DNA of 42,819 nt, taken from the IMG/VR virus record IMGVR_UViG_3300027845_000130, positions 1-42,819 of that record. One strand, written 5' to 3'. Below the pieces are notes generated by a model. The model was not told where the DNA came from. It did no database searches and was given only the letters and a program-made list of their open reading frames with translations. The stretch is from a virus (Duplodnaviria; Caudoviricetes). The position numbers were made by a program, and so were the translations under genes. Positions within the stretch are counted from its first letter, which is position 1. Each line of letters opens with the position of its first letter. This document shows, piece by piece, positions 14,841 to 25,046 of the stretch.

Positions 14841-17053
14841 TGTACGAGCAAACTTTATATAAAATACTAGACGACCATATAAAACCTAAGATAATTAAAC
14901 AATTAAATAGGTATAAAAAATGGGAGTATGGTTATAACGCAGAGCATGATATTGTAGTTATTTCTAAAACTGGTAAAATAGGAGAAATATACGAAATACA
15001 AGGTTTAAAAATAGCATTACCTAAAGCAGAAAAAGTTCATATTTTTGAAAAAGATAAATGGACACCTTTTGCATATCCTAAAGTTTTAAGTAAAATTAAA
15101 ACAGTATTTGATTGGAGAGAATATCCTGTTGAGTTTAAAGAAAAATATTACGATTATATTGATAATGAATTTAATAGAAGAGAAGAAGGTTTTTGGTATG
15201 TAAACAAAGGTGTTTCTACTTATATTACAGGAACTCATTATATGTATCTACAATGGTCAAAAATAGATGTTGGCCAACCAGATTTTAGAGAAGCAAATAG
15301 ATTATTTTTTATATTTTGGGAAGCATGTAGAGCTGATGATAGATGTTATGGTATGTCTTATTTAAAAAATCGACGTTCTGGATTTTCATTTATGGCTTCA
15401 GGTGAAACTGTTAATATGGCAACAATATCTACAGATGCTAGATTTGGTATATTATCAAAATCAGGTGCTGATGCTAAAAAAATGTTTACAGATAAGGTAG
15501 TACCAATATCGGTTAATTATCCATTTTTCTTTAAACCGATACAAGACGGTATGGATCGACCGAAAACAGAGTTAGCTTATAGAGTGCCAGCTTCTAAATT
15601 TACAAGAAGAAGTATTGTATCTACAGAAAAAAACGAAGAACTTGCTGGTTTAGATACTACTATTGATTGGAAAAATACTGGAGATAATGCTTATGATGGT
15701 GAAAAACTAAAGCTATTAGTACATGATGAAAGTGGTAAATGGGAGAGACCAAACAATATATTAAACAATTGGCGAGTTACAAAAACTACACTTAGATTAG
15801 GTTCTAGAATTATAGGTAAGTGCATGATGGGATCAACATCAAACGCTTTAGACAAAGGAGGTGCTAATTTTAAAAAATTATACAATGACTCAGATGTTAC
15901 AAAAAGAAACGCAAATGGACAAACACGTTCAGGACTCTATTCTTTGTTCATTCCTATGGAATGGAATTACGAAGGATACATTGATTCTTACGGGCATCCT
16001 GTCTTCGACACACCAAAAGACCTTGTTAAAGGGCCTCACGGAACACCAATTACAATTGGGGTTATTGAATACTGGCAAAATGAAGTTGATGGTTTAAAGC
16101 AAGATCAAGATGCTTTAAATGAATTTTACAGACAATTCCCAAGAACAGAAGAGCACGCTTTTAGAGATGAAGCAAAGTCTTCGTTGTTTAATTTAACTAA
16201 AATATACGAACAAATAGACTGGAACGCAGATATAAAAAGATCATCTGTTATAACACAAGGTAGTTTTCAGTGGACAGGAGGTATTAAAGATACTACTGTT
16301 ATATTTGTGCCAAATAAAAATGGAAGATTTTTTGTTTCATGGGTTCCACCTAAAAGATTACAAAACAATGTAATAAGTAAGTTAGGTAATAAGTATCCTG
16401 GCAATGATACTTTAGGAGCTTTTGGTTGTGATAGTTATGACATATCAGGAACTGTTGACGGTAGAGGATCTAACGGATCTTTACATGGGTTAACTAAATT
16501 TAGTATGGAAGACGTGCCACCAAATCATTTCTTTTTAGAGTATATAGCTAGACCACAAACAGCAGAGATATTTTTTGAAGATGTTTTAATGGCTTGTATT
16601 TTTTACGGCATGCCAATACTTGCAGAAAACAACAAACCTAGATTGCTGTATCACTTTAAACGTAGAGGTTATAGAGGTTTTGCAATGAATAGACCAGATA
16701 AAATTTACAATAAATTATCAATAACAGAAAGAGAAATTGGTGGAATACCTAACTCTAGTCAAGACATAATACAATCGCACGCTGCTGCTATAGAAAGTTA
16801 TGTAGAAAGTTATGTTGGCCTTAGAGATGATAACACATATGGAGACACATATTTTCAAAGAACATTAGAAGATTGGGCTAAATTTAATATAAATCAAAGA
16901 ACAACACATGATGCTTCTATTAGTTCTGGCTTAGCTATAATGGCTTGCAATAAAAACAAATATAGACCTGTTCCACAAGTAGTAAGAAAAAATTATGATT
17001 TAGGAATAAAAAAATATGATAATAGTGGGTTATTATCTAAAATGATAGATTAA
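14840..17053 (+). CDS. terL: Terminase large subunit
   Basis: Walker A-like LKNRRSGFS, Walker B LLVHDESGK, coupling motif GST, RNase H-like nuclease FGCDSYD and HDASISSGLA. Confidence 0.92.
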   Translation: MYEQTLYKILDDHIKPKIIKQLNRYKKWEYGYNAEHDIVVISKTGKIGEIYEIQGLKIALPKAEKVHIFEKDKWTPFAYPKVLSKIKTVFDWREYPVEFKEKYYDYIDNEFNRREEGFWYVNKGVSTYITGTHYMYLQWSKIDVGQPDFREANRLFFIFWEACRADDRCYGMSYLKNRRSGFSFMASGETVNMATISTDARFGILSKSGADAKKMFTDKVVPISVNYPFFFKPIQDGMDRPKTELAYRVPASKFTRRSIVSTEKNEELAGLDTTIDWKNTGDNAYDGEKLKLLVHDESGKWERPNNILNNWRVTKTTLRLGSRIIGKCMMGSTSNALDKGGANFKKLYNDSDVTKRNANGQTRSGLYSLFIPMEWNYEGYIDSYGHPVFDTPKDLVKGPHGTPITIGVIEYWQNEVDGLKQDQDALNEFYRQFPRTEEHAFRDEAKSSLFNLTKIYEQIDWNADIKRSSVITQGSFQWTGGIKDTTVIFVPNKNGRFFVSWVPPKRLQNNVISKLGNKYPGNDTLGAFGCDSYDISGTVDGRGSNGSLHGLTKFSMEDVPPNHFFLEYIARPQTAEIFFEDVLMACIFYGMPILAENNKPRLLYHFKRRGYRGFAMNRPDKIYNKLSITEREIGGIPNSSQDIIQSHAAAIESYVESYVGLRDDNTYGDTYFQRTLEDWAKFNINQRTTHDASISSGLAIMACNKNKYRPVPQVVRKNYDLGIKKYDNSGLLSKMID

Positions 17054-19456
17054 ATGAGAAAAGTATATACTAACGGTAATAGCATTTTTCCTAGCCAAGT
17101 GGTTAGCGACGCTGAAAAAGCATCCTTAGAATATGGCGAGCAAGTTGCTCAAGCTATAGAACAAGAGTGGTTCAACGTAGGTAGAACAAATGGCAATAGA
17201 TACCTAACTACATGGAACAATTACAATAGACTTAGATTATATGCTAGAGGTGAACAACCTACTCAAAAATATAAAGATGAATTATCTATTAACGGTGATT
17301 TGTCTTATCTTAATTTAGACTGGAAACCAGTACCTATTATCTCAAAATTTGTAGATATATTATCTAATGGTATTTCTAATAAAGATTATGATATAAATGC
17401 ATACGCACAAGACCCTGCTTCAGTTCAAAAACGAACAAATTACGCGGAATTATTAGCTCAAGATGTATTTGCTAGAGATACCATGAAGCAAATAACAGCT
17501 GTGCTAGGCAAGGAACTTTACAACACTAATGTACCAGAAGATAAACTACCACAAACACCTGAAGAATTAGAACTTCACATGCAATTAACTTACAAGCAAT
17601 CTGTAGAGATCGCTGAAGAAGAAGTTATAAATCAGGTATTAGATACTAATAAGTGGGATTTAATTAGACGTAGAGTAAATTATGATTTAGTAACATGTGG
17701 TATTGGAGCTGTTAAAACAGATTTTAATGTATCAAATGGTATAACAATTGACTACGTTGATCCTTCAAGTTTAATATACTCTTATACAGAAGATCCTAAT
17801 TTTGAAGATATATATTACGTAGGTGAATTAAAGCCTCAAACATTACCAGAAATAGCTAAGCAATTTCCAAATTTAACTGATGAAGTATTAGAAAGAATAC
17901 AACAAAATCAAGGAAACCAAGAAAGTAAATATGGTTTTGGAAATCAAGCTTGGGATTCAAATAGTATTCCTTTATTATATTTTGAATATAAAACTTATAG
18001 TCATCAAGTATTTAAAATAAAAGAAACTGAAAGTGGTCTACTAAAAGCAATTGAAAAAACTGATACTTTTAATCCACCTGAAAATGATAATTTCGAAAGA
18101 GTAGGTAGAACTATAGAAGTTTTATATAGAGGAGTTAAAGTTTTAGGTGCTAATATATTATTGAAATGGGAAATGTGTCCTAACATGACTAGACCTTTTG
18201 CTGATACAACTAAAGTAGAAATGAATTATGCTATATGCGCGCCTAGAATATACAAAGGACGTATTGATTCAACTGTAGGTAGAATAACTGGTTTTGCAGA
18301 TATGATTCAATTAACTCATTTAAAGCTACAACAAGTTATTGCAAGAATGGTTCCAGATGGCGTGTTTTTAGACATGGATGGTTTAGCTGAAGTTGACTTA
18401 GGAAACGGAACTAATTATAATCCTCAAGAAGCTTTAAACATGTATTTTCAAACAGGTTCTGTTGTAGGTAGATCTTTAACTCAAGATGGTGATCCTAATA
18501 GAGGTAAGATACCTGTTCAAGAATTATCTACTGGTTCTGGTCAAGCTAAAATACAAAGTTTAATATCTACTTATAATTATTATTTACAAATGATAAGAGA
18601 TGTTACCGGGCTTAACGAAGCTAGAGATGGTAGCACACCAGATAAAAGCACATTAGTAGGTTTACAAAAACTTGCAGCACAAGCTTCTAACATAGCAACT
18701 AAACATATAAACAATGCTAGCTTGTATTTAACTTTAAGAATATGTGAAAATATATCTAAAAAAATAAATGATATGTTAGATTATCCTTTAACAGCTAATG
18801 TATTAAAAAATAGTATTTCAACATTTAACACAGAAACTTTAAAAGGATTAGAGCAAATAAATTTACATGATTTTGGTATATTTTTAGATCTTGAACCAGA
18901 CGAAGAAGAAAAAGCAATGTTAGAACAAAACATACAAGTTGCTTTAAGTTCTGGAGGAATTGATTTAGAAGACGCTATTGAAATACGCCAAGTACGTAAT
19001 TTAAAATTAGCCAACCAAATGCTTAAAATGAAACGTAAGCAGAAGCAACAATACGCTAGGCAAATGCAAGCAGAGGCTTCTCAGCAACAAGCGCAAGCTC
19101 AAACTCAAGCTAGTCAAGCAGCGGCAGAGCAAGAAGTTCAAAAGCAACAAGCTTTAACTTCTGAAAAAGTAAGCTTTGAACAAGCTAAATCTCAGTTTGA
19201 AATACAACGCATGCAAGCAGAAGCTCAAATAAAAAGAGAGTTAATGTCTGAAGAATTTAACTACCAAGTACAATTAGAGCAAATAAAAATGCAAGCAGAA
19301 ACTGGTCGTGAAAAAGAAATAGAAGATCGTAAAGATAAAAGAACAAGAATAGCAGGATCACAACAAAGTGCTATGATAGATCAAAGAAAAAATGATTTAT
19401 TACCTACTAATTTTGAACAACAAGGGCAAGTGGAAGACCAATTTCCAGTTGCTTAA
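17054..19456 (+). CDS. Portal protein
   Basis: 800 aa directly after terL; helical, with a Gln-rich coiled-coil C-terminal barrel as in podovirus portals. Confidence 0.85.
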   Translation: MRKVYTNGNSIFPSQVVSDAEKASLEYGEQVAQAIEQEWFNVGRTNGNRYLTTWNNYNRLRLYARGEQPTQKYKDELSINGDLSYLNLDWKPVPIISKFVDILSNGISNKDYDINAYAQDPASVQKRTNYAELLAQDVFARDTMKQITAVLGKELYNTNVPEDKLPQTPEELELHMQLTYKQSVEIAEEEVINQVLDTNKWDLIRRRVNYDLVTCGIGAVKTDFNVSNGITIDYVDPSSLIYSYTEDPNFEDIYYVGELKPQTLPEIAKQFPNLTDEVLERIQQNQGNQESKYGFGNQAWDSNSIPLLYFEYKTYSHQVFKIKETESGLLKAIEKTDTFNPPENDNFERVGRTIEVLYRGVKVLGANILLKWEMCPNMTRPFADTTKVEMNYAICAPRIYKGRIDSTVGRITGFADMIQLTHLKLQQVIARMVPDGVFLDMDGLAEVDLGNGTNYNPQEALNMYFQTGSVVGRSLTQDGDPNRGKIPVQELSTGSGQAKIQSLISTYNYYLQMIRDVTGLNEARDGSTPDKSTLVGLQKLAAQASNIATKHINNASLYLTLRICENISKKINDMLDYPLTANVLKNSISTFNTETLKGLEQINLHDFGIFLDLEPDEEEKAMLEQNIQVALSSGGIDLEDAIEIRQVRNLKLANQMLKMKRKQKQQYARQMQAEASQQQAQAQTQASQAAAEQEVQKQQALTSEKVSFEQAKSQFEIQRMQAEAQIKRELMSEEFNYQVQLEQIKMQAETGREKEIEDRKDKRTRIAGSQQSAMIDQRKNDLLPTNFEQQGQVEDQFPVA

Positions 19457-19464
19457 TTATTAAT

Positions 19465-19489
19465 TATTTAATTATATTATATTATGGCT
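19465..19489 (+). repeat. 25-nt translation-initiation-region repeat TATTTAATTATATTATATTATGGCT, copy 1
   Basis: Identical to 22163-22187. Confidence 0.7.
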
Positions 19490-20638
19490 GAAGAAGCAAA
19501 AGAACCTGTTAAGCAGGAAGGTGACTTTAAAATAAAGTCAAAACCTAAAAGTAAAAAACCAAAACAATTAGCAGTTTCTGAAAAAGAAATAGCAAAAATT
19601 GATTTATCTAAACCAGAAGCGCAAGGCGAAGTACAACCAGCTGTTGCTAAAATGGATTTAACTAAAGAACCTGAAACTATTAAAAAAGAAGTACCGGTTG
19701 TTGAAATTAAAGAAGAAGTAAAAGAAGAAATACCTATACAAGTAATTGAAGAAATTACAGAAAAGGTAAAAGAAACTCCTATACAAGAAAAAACTCCTTT
19801 AATTGAAACTCCTAAACTACCAGAAAACGTAGAAAAACTTGTAAAGTTTATGGACGAAACTGGAGGTACTGTATCTGATTACGTTGAATTAAATAAAGAC
19901 TATAGTTCTTTAGACGATAATCAAGTATTAAAAGAGTTTTACAAAAAAACAAAACCACATCTAGACAGTGATGACATAGGTCTATTATTAGAAGACTATC
20001 AGTTTGACGAAGATTTAGATGAGGCAAAAGACATACGAAGAAAAAAACTAGCTTACAAAGAAGCTGTTGCTCAAGCAAAAAATGATCTTACTAAAATGAA
20101 AGATCAATATTATGCAGAGATAAAAAACAGACCTGGCGCTAACCCAGAACAAGCTAAAGCTACAGATTTTTTTAATCGTTATAATAAACAGCAAGAAACT
20201 ATAAAGCAATCGCAAGAGCTTTTTAAACAACGTACTAATGATTTGTTCGGATCAGAATTCAAAGGTTTTGATTACTCTGTCGGAGACAAAAATTTTAGAT
20301 ACAAATTAAAAGATCCTGCGCGTGTTGCCGAGACTCAGAGTAATATTGAAAACTTTGTTAATAAATTTATTGATAAAGAAGGAAATATTTCTGATGCCGC
20401 GGGTTATCACAAAGCTTTATATGCTGCGATGAATTCGGACAAGCTAGCTTCTCATTTTTATGAGCAAGGTAAAGCTGATGGTGTTAAAGCTATCGTTAAA
20501 CAATCGAAAAATCCAGCTACAGACACACCTAGGCAGGTTGCCGGAGGAGATGTTTTTGTGGGTGGAATGAAGGTAAAGTCTATTAGTGGATCTGATTCGT
20601 CAAAATTGAAAATAAAAAAACGAAAATTTAACAATTAA
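19484..20638 (+). CDS. Probable capsid scaffolding/assembly protein
   Basis: Between portal and major capsid gene; E/K/P-rich disordered N-terminus, helical core, basic C-terminal tail. Confidence 0.65.
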   Translation: MAEEAKEPVKQEGDFKIKSKPKSKKPKQLAVSEKEIAKIDLSKPEAQGEVQPAVAKMDLTKEPETIKKEVPVVEIKEEVKEEIPIQVIEEITEKVKETPIQEKTPLIETPKLPENVEKLVKFMDETGGTVSDYVELNKDYSSLDDNQVLKEFYKKTKPHLDSDDIGLLLEDYQFDEDLDEAKDIRRKKLAYKEAVAQAKNDLTKMKDQYYAEIKNRPGANPEQAKATDFFNRYNKQQETIKQSQELFKQRTNDLFGSEFKGFDYSVGDKNFRYKLKDPARVAETQSNIENFVNKFIDKEGNISDAAGYHKALYAAMNSDKLASHFYEQGKADGVKAIVKQSKNPATDTPRQVAGGDVFVGGMKVKSISGSDSSKLKIKKRKFNN

Positions 20639-20650
20639 AATTTAGAAAAA

Positions 20651-22102
20651 ATGGCTTTAAACCCACAATTTGGTACTATAATACCAAGTCAACAACAAGA
20701 GCTTTTACAATCTAACTATTTACAGTGGACAGATGCTGGAGCTGCTAACTTTGCAGATTTTGCACAGCAGTATTTACCAGAAATCTACGAAGCTGAAGTT
20801 GAAAGATATGGTAACAGAACCTTATCTGGATTCTTAAGAATGGTTGGAGCAGAGCTTCCAATGACAAGTGACCAAGTAATTTGGTCAGAACAAAACAGAT
20901 TACACATTGCTTATGATGTACCAGCTGCTAACGTAGTTGCAGGACCTCCAACAGTATTAACACTGCCAGGAACTGTAACAAACGTTGTATCAGCTAGAGC
21001 TACAGTAGTTATCTTAGATAACTTTGGTGGTGAAGTAAAATGTTTAGTAGTAGCTTCTACACCTGGTGTAGGTGGTGCTATAACAGTTGAACCTTACACG
21101 TCCACTTGGGCTGCTGCTGGATTAGCAGGAGATCTTAAGATATTCGTATATGGTTCTGAATATTCAAAAGGATCAGTTACTTTAAATAGTAACGGTGGTG
21201 CTTCTACACTAGCGAACAATGAGTACGTAAGTGTTGAGCCTGCTTTCACGCAATTTAGTAATAACCCTATCATCATCAGAAACAAATACACAGTAAATGG
21301 ATCTGATACAGCTCAAATCGGCTGGGTAGAAGTTGCTACTGAAGATGGAACTGGTGGATACCTTTGGTATTTAAAATCTGAATCTGAAACAAGATTAAGA
21401 TTTGAAGATTACCTAGAAATGATGTGTGTTGAATCAGAAGTTACAGCAGCAGGTTCTGCAGTTGCTTTAGGTGCTTCAGGCGCTATAGGTTCTCAAGGTT
21501 TATTTGCGGCTATCGAAGATAGAGGTAATGTACAAGTTGGATTCTCTGCTGCTACAGGTATTGGAGATTTCGATGGTATCCTTAGAAACTTAGATACACA
21601 AGGTGCAATTGAAGAAAACATGTTATTCTTAGACAGATCTACGGCTCTTGACTTTGATGATATGCTTGCAGGAATTTCTGCAGGATTCAACGGTGGTACT
21701 GCATTTGGATTATTTGAAAACTCAGAAGAAATGGCTTTAAACTTAGGTTTCAGTGGTTTCAGAAGAGGTTCTTATGACTTCTACAAAACTGATTGGAAAT
21801 ACTTAAACGACGCTTCAACACGTGGTGGAATGGTAGGACCTCAGTCTATTGAAGGAGTATTAATTCCAGCAGGAACAACAACTGTTTACGATCAAATTTT
21901 AGGAACTAACATCAGACGCCCTTTCTTACACGTAAGATATAGAGCTTCACAAACTGATGATAGAAGAATGAAATCATGGTTAACAGGTTCTGTTGGTGGT
22001 GCATTTACTTCAACTCTTGATGCTATGGAAGTAAACTTCCTATCAGAAAGATGTTTAGTAACTCAAGCTGCTAACAACTTTGTATTATTCAAAGGAGTGT
22101 AA
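20651..22102 (+). CDS. Major capsid protein (crAss-like/flavobacterial type, HK97 fold expected)
   Basis: 483 aa after portal and scaffold; highly-expressed codon usage (TTC, ATC, AAC, GCT); followed by a strong hairpin. Confidence 0.85.
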   Translation: MALNPQFGTIIPSQQQELLQSNYLQWTDAGAANFADFAQQYLPEIYEAEVERYGNRTLSGFLRMVGAELPMTSDQVIWSEQNRLHIAYDVPAANVVAGPPTVLTLPGTVTNVVSARATVVILDNFGGEVKCLVVASTPGVGGAITVEPYTSTWAAAGLAGDLKIFVYGSEYSKGSVTLNSNGGASTLANNEYVSVEPAFTQFSNNPIIIRNKYTVNGSDTAQIGWVEVATEDGTGGYLWYLKSESETRLRFEDYLEMMCVESEVTAAGSAVALGASGAIGSQGLFAAIEDRGNVQVGFSAATGIGDFDGILRNLDTQGAIEENMLFLDRSTALDFDDMLAGISAGFNGGTAFGLFENSEEMALNLGFSGFRRGSYDFYKTDWKYLNDASTRGGMVGPQSIEGVLIPAGTTTVYDQILGTNIRRPFLHVRYRASQTDDRRMKSWLTGSVGGAFTSTLDAMEVNFLSERCLVTQAANNFVLFKGV

Positions 22103-22114
22103 TAACTCAATATT

Positions 22115-22156
22115 AATAACTATCCCTGTCTTCGGGCAGGGGTAATTATTATTTTT
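22115..22156 (+). terminator. Hairpin with C(UUCG)G tetraloop after the capsid gene; probable terminator or stabiliser
   Basis: AATAACTATCCCTGTC-TTCG-GGCAGGGGTAATTATT followed by ATTTTT. Confidence 0.7.
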
Positions 22157-22162
22157 ATAAAC

Positions 22163-22187
22163 TATTTAATTATATTATATTATGGCT
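22163..22187 (+). repeat. 25-nt translation-initiation-region repeat, copy 2
   Basis: Identical to 19465-19489. Confidence 0.7.
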
Positions 22188-23012
22188 AAAAAAGCTAAAG
22201 CAGAAGAAGTTGTTGAGGTTGCACCTCAAGAAGTTGTAGCAAAACCTACACCTATAAAACCAGTTAAAAAACAAGATGACTGGGAAATAAAAGATAGAAC
22301 TTATTTACTTAAAGGAAGTAAATCACCTTTAACTTTTACAATACCAAGCAAACATACTTTAAGACATCCAATGTTGTGGTTTGACAATAAGACAAATGAA
22401 CAAAGAGAATTAAGATACGCTACTAACATGAACAGTCCGTTTCGCGACGAACAAAAAGGTGAAGTAACTTTAGGACATATTACGTTTGTTGATGGAACAT
22501 TAAGTGTTCCAAAAGAAAAAACAGCTTTACAAAAATTGTTATCTTTATATCACCCAATGAGAGATCAAAAATATACTGAACATAAACCTGTTAGTATAGC
22601 ACAAGATGAACTTGAAGATATTGAATGGGAAATAGAAGCATTAAATGTTGCTAGAGATATGGATATTGATTTAGCAGAAGCTATTGTAAGAGTAGAATAT
22701 GGTTCAAAAGTAAATAAAATGTCTTCAAAAGAATTAAGAAGAGACTTATTATTACTTGCTAAAAAGAACGCTAGATTGTTCTTGTCTCTTGCTGCTGATG
22801 AAAACGTGCAGTTAAGAAACTTTGCAATTAACGCGGTAGAACATAACATTATAAGAATATCACCAGACCAAAGATCAATTCATTGGACTAGTAATGATAG
22901 AAAATTAATGACTGTTCCATTTGATGAAAACCCTTACTCAGCTATCGCTGCGTGGTTTAAAACAGATGAAGGAGTAGAAGTATTTAAGTCAATAGAAAAA
23001 AGACTAAAATAA
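22182..23012 (+). CDS. Morphogenesis-module protein downstream of the capsid gene, function unknown
   Basis: 276-aa ORF between two hairpins in the head-tail block. Confidence 0.75.
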   Translation: MAKKAKAEEVVEVAPQEVVAKPTPIKPVKKQDDWEIKDRTYLLKGSKSPLTFTIPSKHTLRHPMLWFDNKTNEQRELRYATNMNSPFRDEQKGEVTLGHITFVDGTLSVPKEKTALQKLLSLYHPMRDQKYTEHKPVSIAQDELEDIEWEIEALNVARDMDIDLAEAIVRVEYGSKVNKMSSKELRRDLLLLAKKNARLFLSLAADENVQLRNFAINAVEHNIIRISPDQRSIHWTSNDRKLMTVPFDENPYSAIAAWFKTDEGVEVFKSIEKRLK

Positions 23013-23019
23013 TAATAAC

Positions 23020-23044
23020 AAGGGCGGATTCGTCCGCCTTTTTA
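23020..23044 (+). terminator. Rho-independent terminator
   Basis: AAGGGCGGA-TTCG-TCCGCCTTTTT. Confidence 0.8.
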
Positions 23045-23060
23045 TTAAAACATAAATATA

Positions 23061-23798
23061 ATGGTAAACGTTAACACAGTATATCAAACGGTATTATTAA
23101 TCCTTAACCAACAACAAAGAGGCTATATAACTCCTGATGAATTTAATAAAATTGCTACGCAAGCTCAACTTACTATGTTTGAGGCTTACGCTAGTGACTT
23201 GAACCAACAGTATCGTTTACCGAGTAATGATACAGAATACTCAGATAGAGTAAAAAACATTGAACAAAAACTACAATTTTTCCAAAGAAACACTTCAATA
23301 CCTTATAATGTAGTTAATTCTAATTTTCCTTTAATAGAGTTTCCTGTAGCTAATGATTCTCCAGTTGTTGTAGGAACTACAAATGTTTTGTATAGATTAG
23401 GTTCTGTGTTTTATAAAGATACAGACTTAGGTCAATATACTCAACCAAACGAGTTAAGACAATTATTACTTTCCCCATTAACTCAACCTACAGAAAACTT
23501 TCCAATATACACATATTTACAAGACGACATTAAAGTATACCCTAGTAGTATACAAAGCGATATAGCTATATCATATTTAGTTAAACCTAATGACATTGTC
23601 TGGGGTTTTACAACTAATGGTGTAGGAGCGTTTATATATGCTCAAGGTGCTTCTGTGCAATTTGGACTAGACGTTACTGACCAAGATGAATTAATAATGA
23701 GAATACTAGCTTACGCTGGTGTTATTATACAAGACCCAACTATCATACAAACAGCTTCACAAGCTGTAGCTAACGTAGATGCAAACGAAAAAAGTTAA
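23061..23798 (+). CDS. Probable tail ring/head-tail adaptor protein
   Basis: N-terminal VYQTVLLILNQQQRGYITPDEFN..A..AQ helix pair and C-terminal helix typical of adaptor/ring proteins; position. Confidence 0.6.
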   Translation: MVNVNTVYQTVLLILNQQQRGYITPDEFNKIATQAQLTMFEAYASDLNQQYRLPSNDTEYSDRVKNIEQKLQFFQRNTSIPYNVVNSNFPLIEFPVANDSPVVVGTTNVLYRLGSVFYKDTDLGQYTQPNELRQLLLSPLTQPTENFPIYTYLQDDIKVYPSSIQSDIAISYLVKPNDIVWGFTTNGVGAFIYAQGASVQFGLDVTDQDELIMRILAYAGVIIQDPTIIQTASQAVANVDANEKS

Positions 23799-23804
23799 TA
23801 AGAT

Positions 23805-25043
23805 ATGGCAATACCAAACGGTGGATTAATCACCGAAACAAATCAACAATATTACGCGGGCGCGCAGGGTTTTACAGTAACAGCAATAGCTGGACAAAGT
23901 GATTTTACATTTACATTTAATACTAACTTAACGCTAGGTGATCCTGATCCTGCTAACGCCGACTATGCTTTAAATAATTTTAAATTATACTCTAGTGTAG
24001 ATGGTATAAACTACATAGAATACATATCGTCATATAGTATTGATAGAAATGTTATTTCTTTAGCAGCTCCGCTACCACAAAACAATATACTAGTATGTCA
24101 ATTAAAAACAATTGATGGCGGTAGCTTTGGTAACAGAGACGCATATGGTGTTACTACAGAACAAAACTACGGAAGTTATGGTTATGTAACATTAAAAGAT
24201 ATTGTCAATAATTTTATAGTAGGTTATGTTGGAAAAGATAAATTAATATCAGATGCTAAAAGAACTGATATAATATTTCATGCTAAACGTGGATTACAAG
24301 AATTTAGTTATGATACTTTAAAATCTATTAAATCTCAAGAATTAAACATACCACCTAGCCTAAGTGTTATATTACCACAAGACTACGTTAATTATGTTAG
24401 AGTTTCAAGAATAGATGCTTTAGGTGTTAAAAGAATTATATACCCAGCAAACAATTTAACTATATCTCCTTATGAAAATCCAATACAAGATAACTTAGGC
24501 AGTCCAACTCAAGATAATTTTGGTGAAAACACAGAAGGAACTTCATTAACTGAAATGAAATGGAAAAGAGGTAATACTAATTTAATAAATGGATTACCAT
24601 CTTTTGGTCTTTACAACGAAGGTTTAGACTGGGCAGGTTATAACTGGGGTTTTGGAGGATATTGGTATTGGGGTTGGGGAGAACAATACGGAATGTCTCC
24701 ACAATACGCACAACATAACGGATGGTTTAACATGAATGAAAGAGAAGGCAAAGTATCTTTTTCAAGTAATCTAGTAGGTGCTTTAATTGTACTAGAGTAC
24801 GTTTCTGATGGTCTTGCTTACGATTTAGATAGTAGAATACCAAAACTAGCAGAAGACGCTTTATATACTTATATTTCTCATGCTATAATTTCTACTAGAA
24901 TTAACCAACCTGAATATATTGTTCAAAGACTTAGACAAGAAAAAAGTGCTAAATTAAGAAATGCTAAAATAAGATTATCAAACGTTAAGCTTGATGAAAT
25001 AGTTCAAGTAATGAGAGGTAAAGCTAAATGGATAAAACGATAA
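23805..25043 (+). CDS. Probable second tail ring/tubular protein
   Basis: FHAKRGLQEFSYD, LPQDYVNYVRVS, IPKLAEDALYTYI tail-tube-type pattern; position before the stabilisation gene. Confidence 0.6.
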   Translation: MAIPNGGLITETNQQYYAGAQGFTVTAIAGQSDFTFTFNTNLTLGDPDPANADYALNNFKLYSSVDGINYIEYISSYSIDRNVISLAAPLPQNNILVCQLKTIDGGSFGNRDAYGVTTEQNYGSYGYVTLKDIVNNFIVGYVGKDKLISDAKRTDIIFHAKRGLQEFSYDTLKSIKSQELNIPPSLSVILPQDYVNYVRVSRIDALGVKRIIYPANNLTISPYENPIQDNLGSPTQDNFGENTEGTSLTEMKWKRGNTNLINGLPSFGLYNEGLDWAGYNWGFGGYWYWGWGEQYGMSPQYAQHNGWFNMNEREGKVSFSSNLVGALIVLEYVSDGLAYDLDSRIPKLAEDALYTYISHAIISTRINQPEYIVQRLRQEKSAKLRNAKIRLSNVKLDEIVQVMRGKAKWIKR

Positions 25044-25046
25044 CAC

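Noticed and set aside
14840-22102. Introns or inteins in terminase, portal or capsid genes
   Set aside because: The ORFs are continuous and of plausible length, with no intein junction or homing-endonuclease motifs visible.
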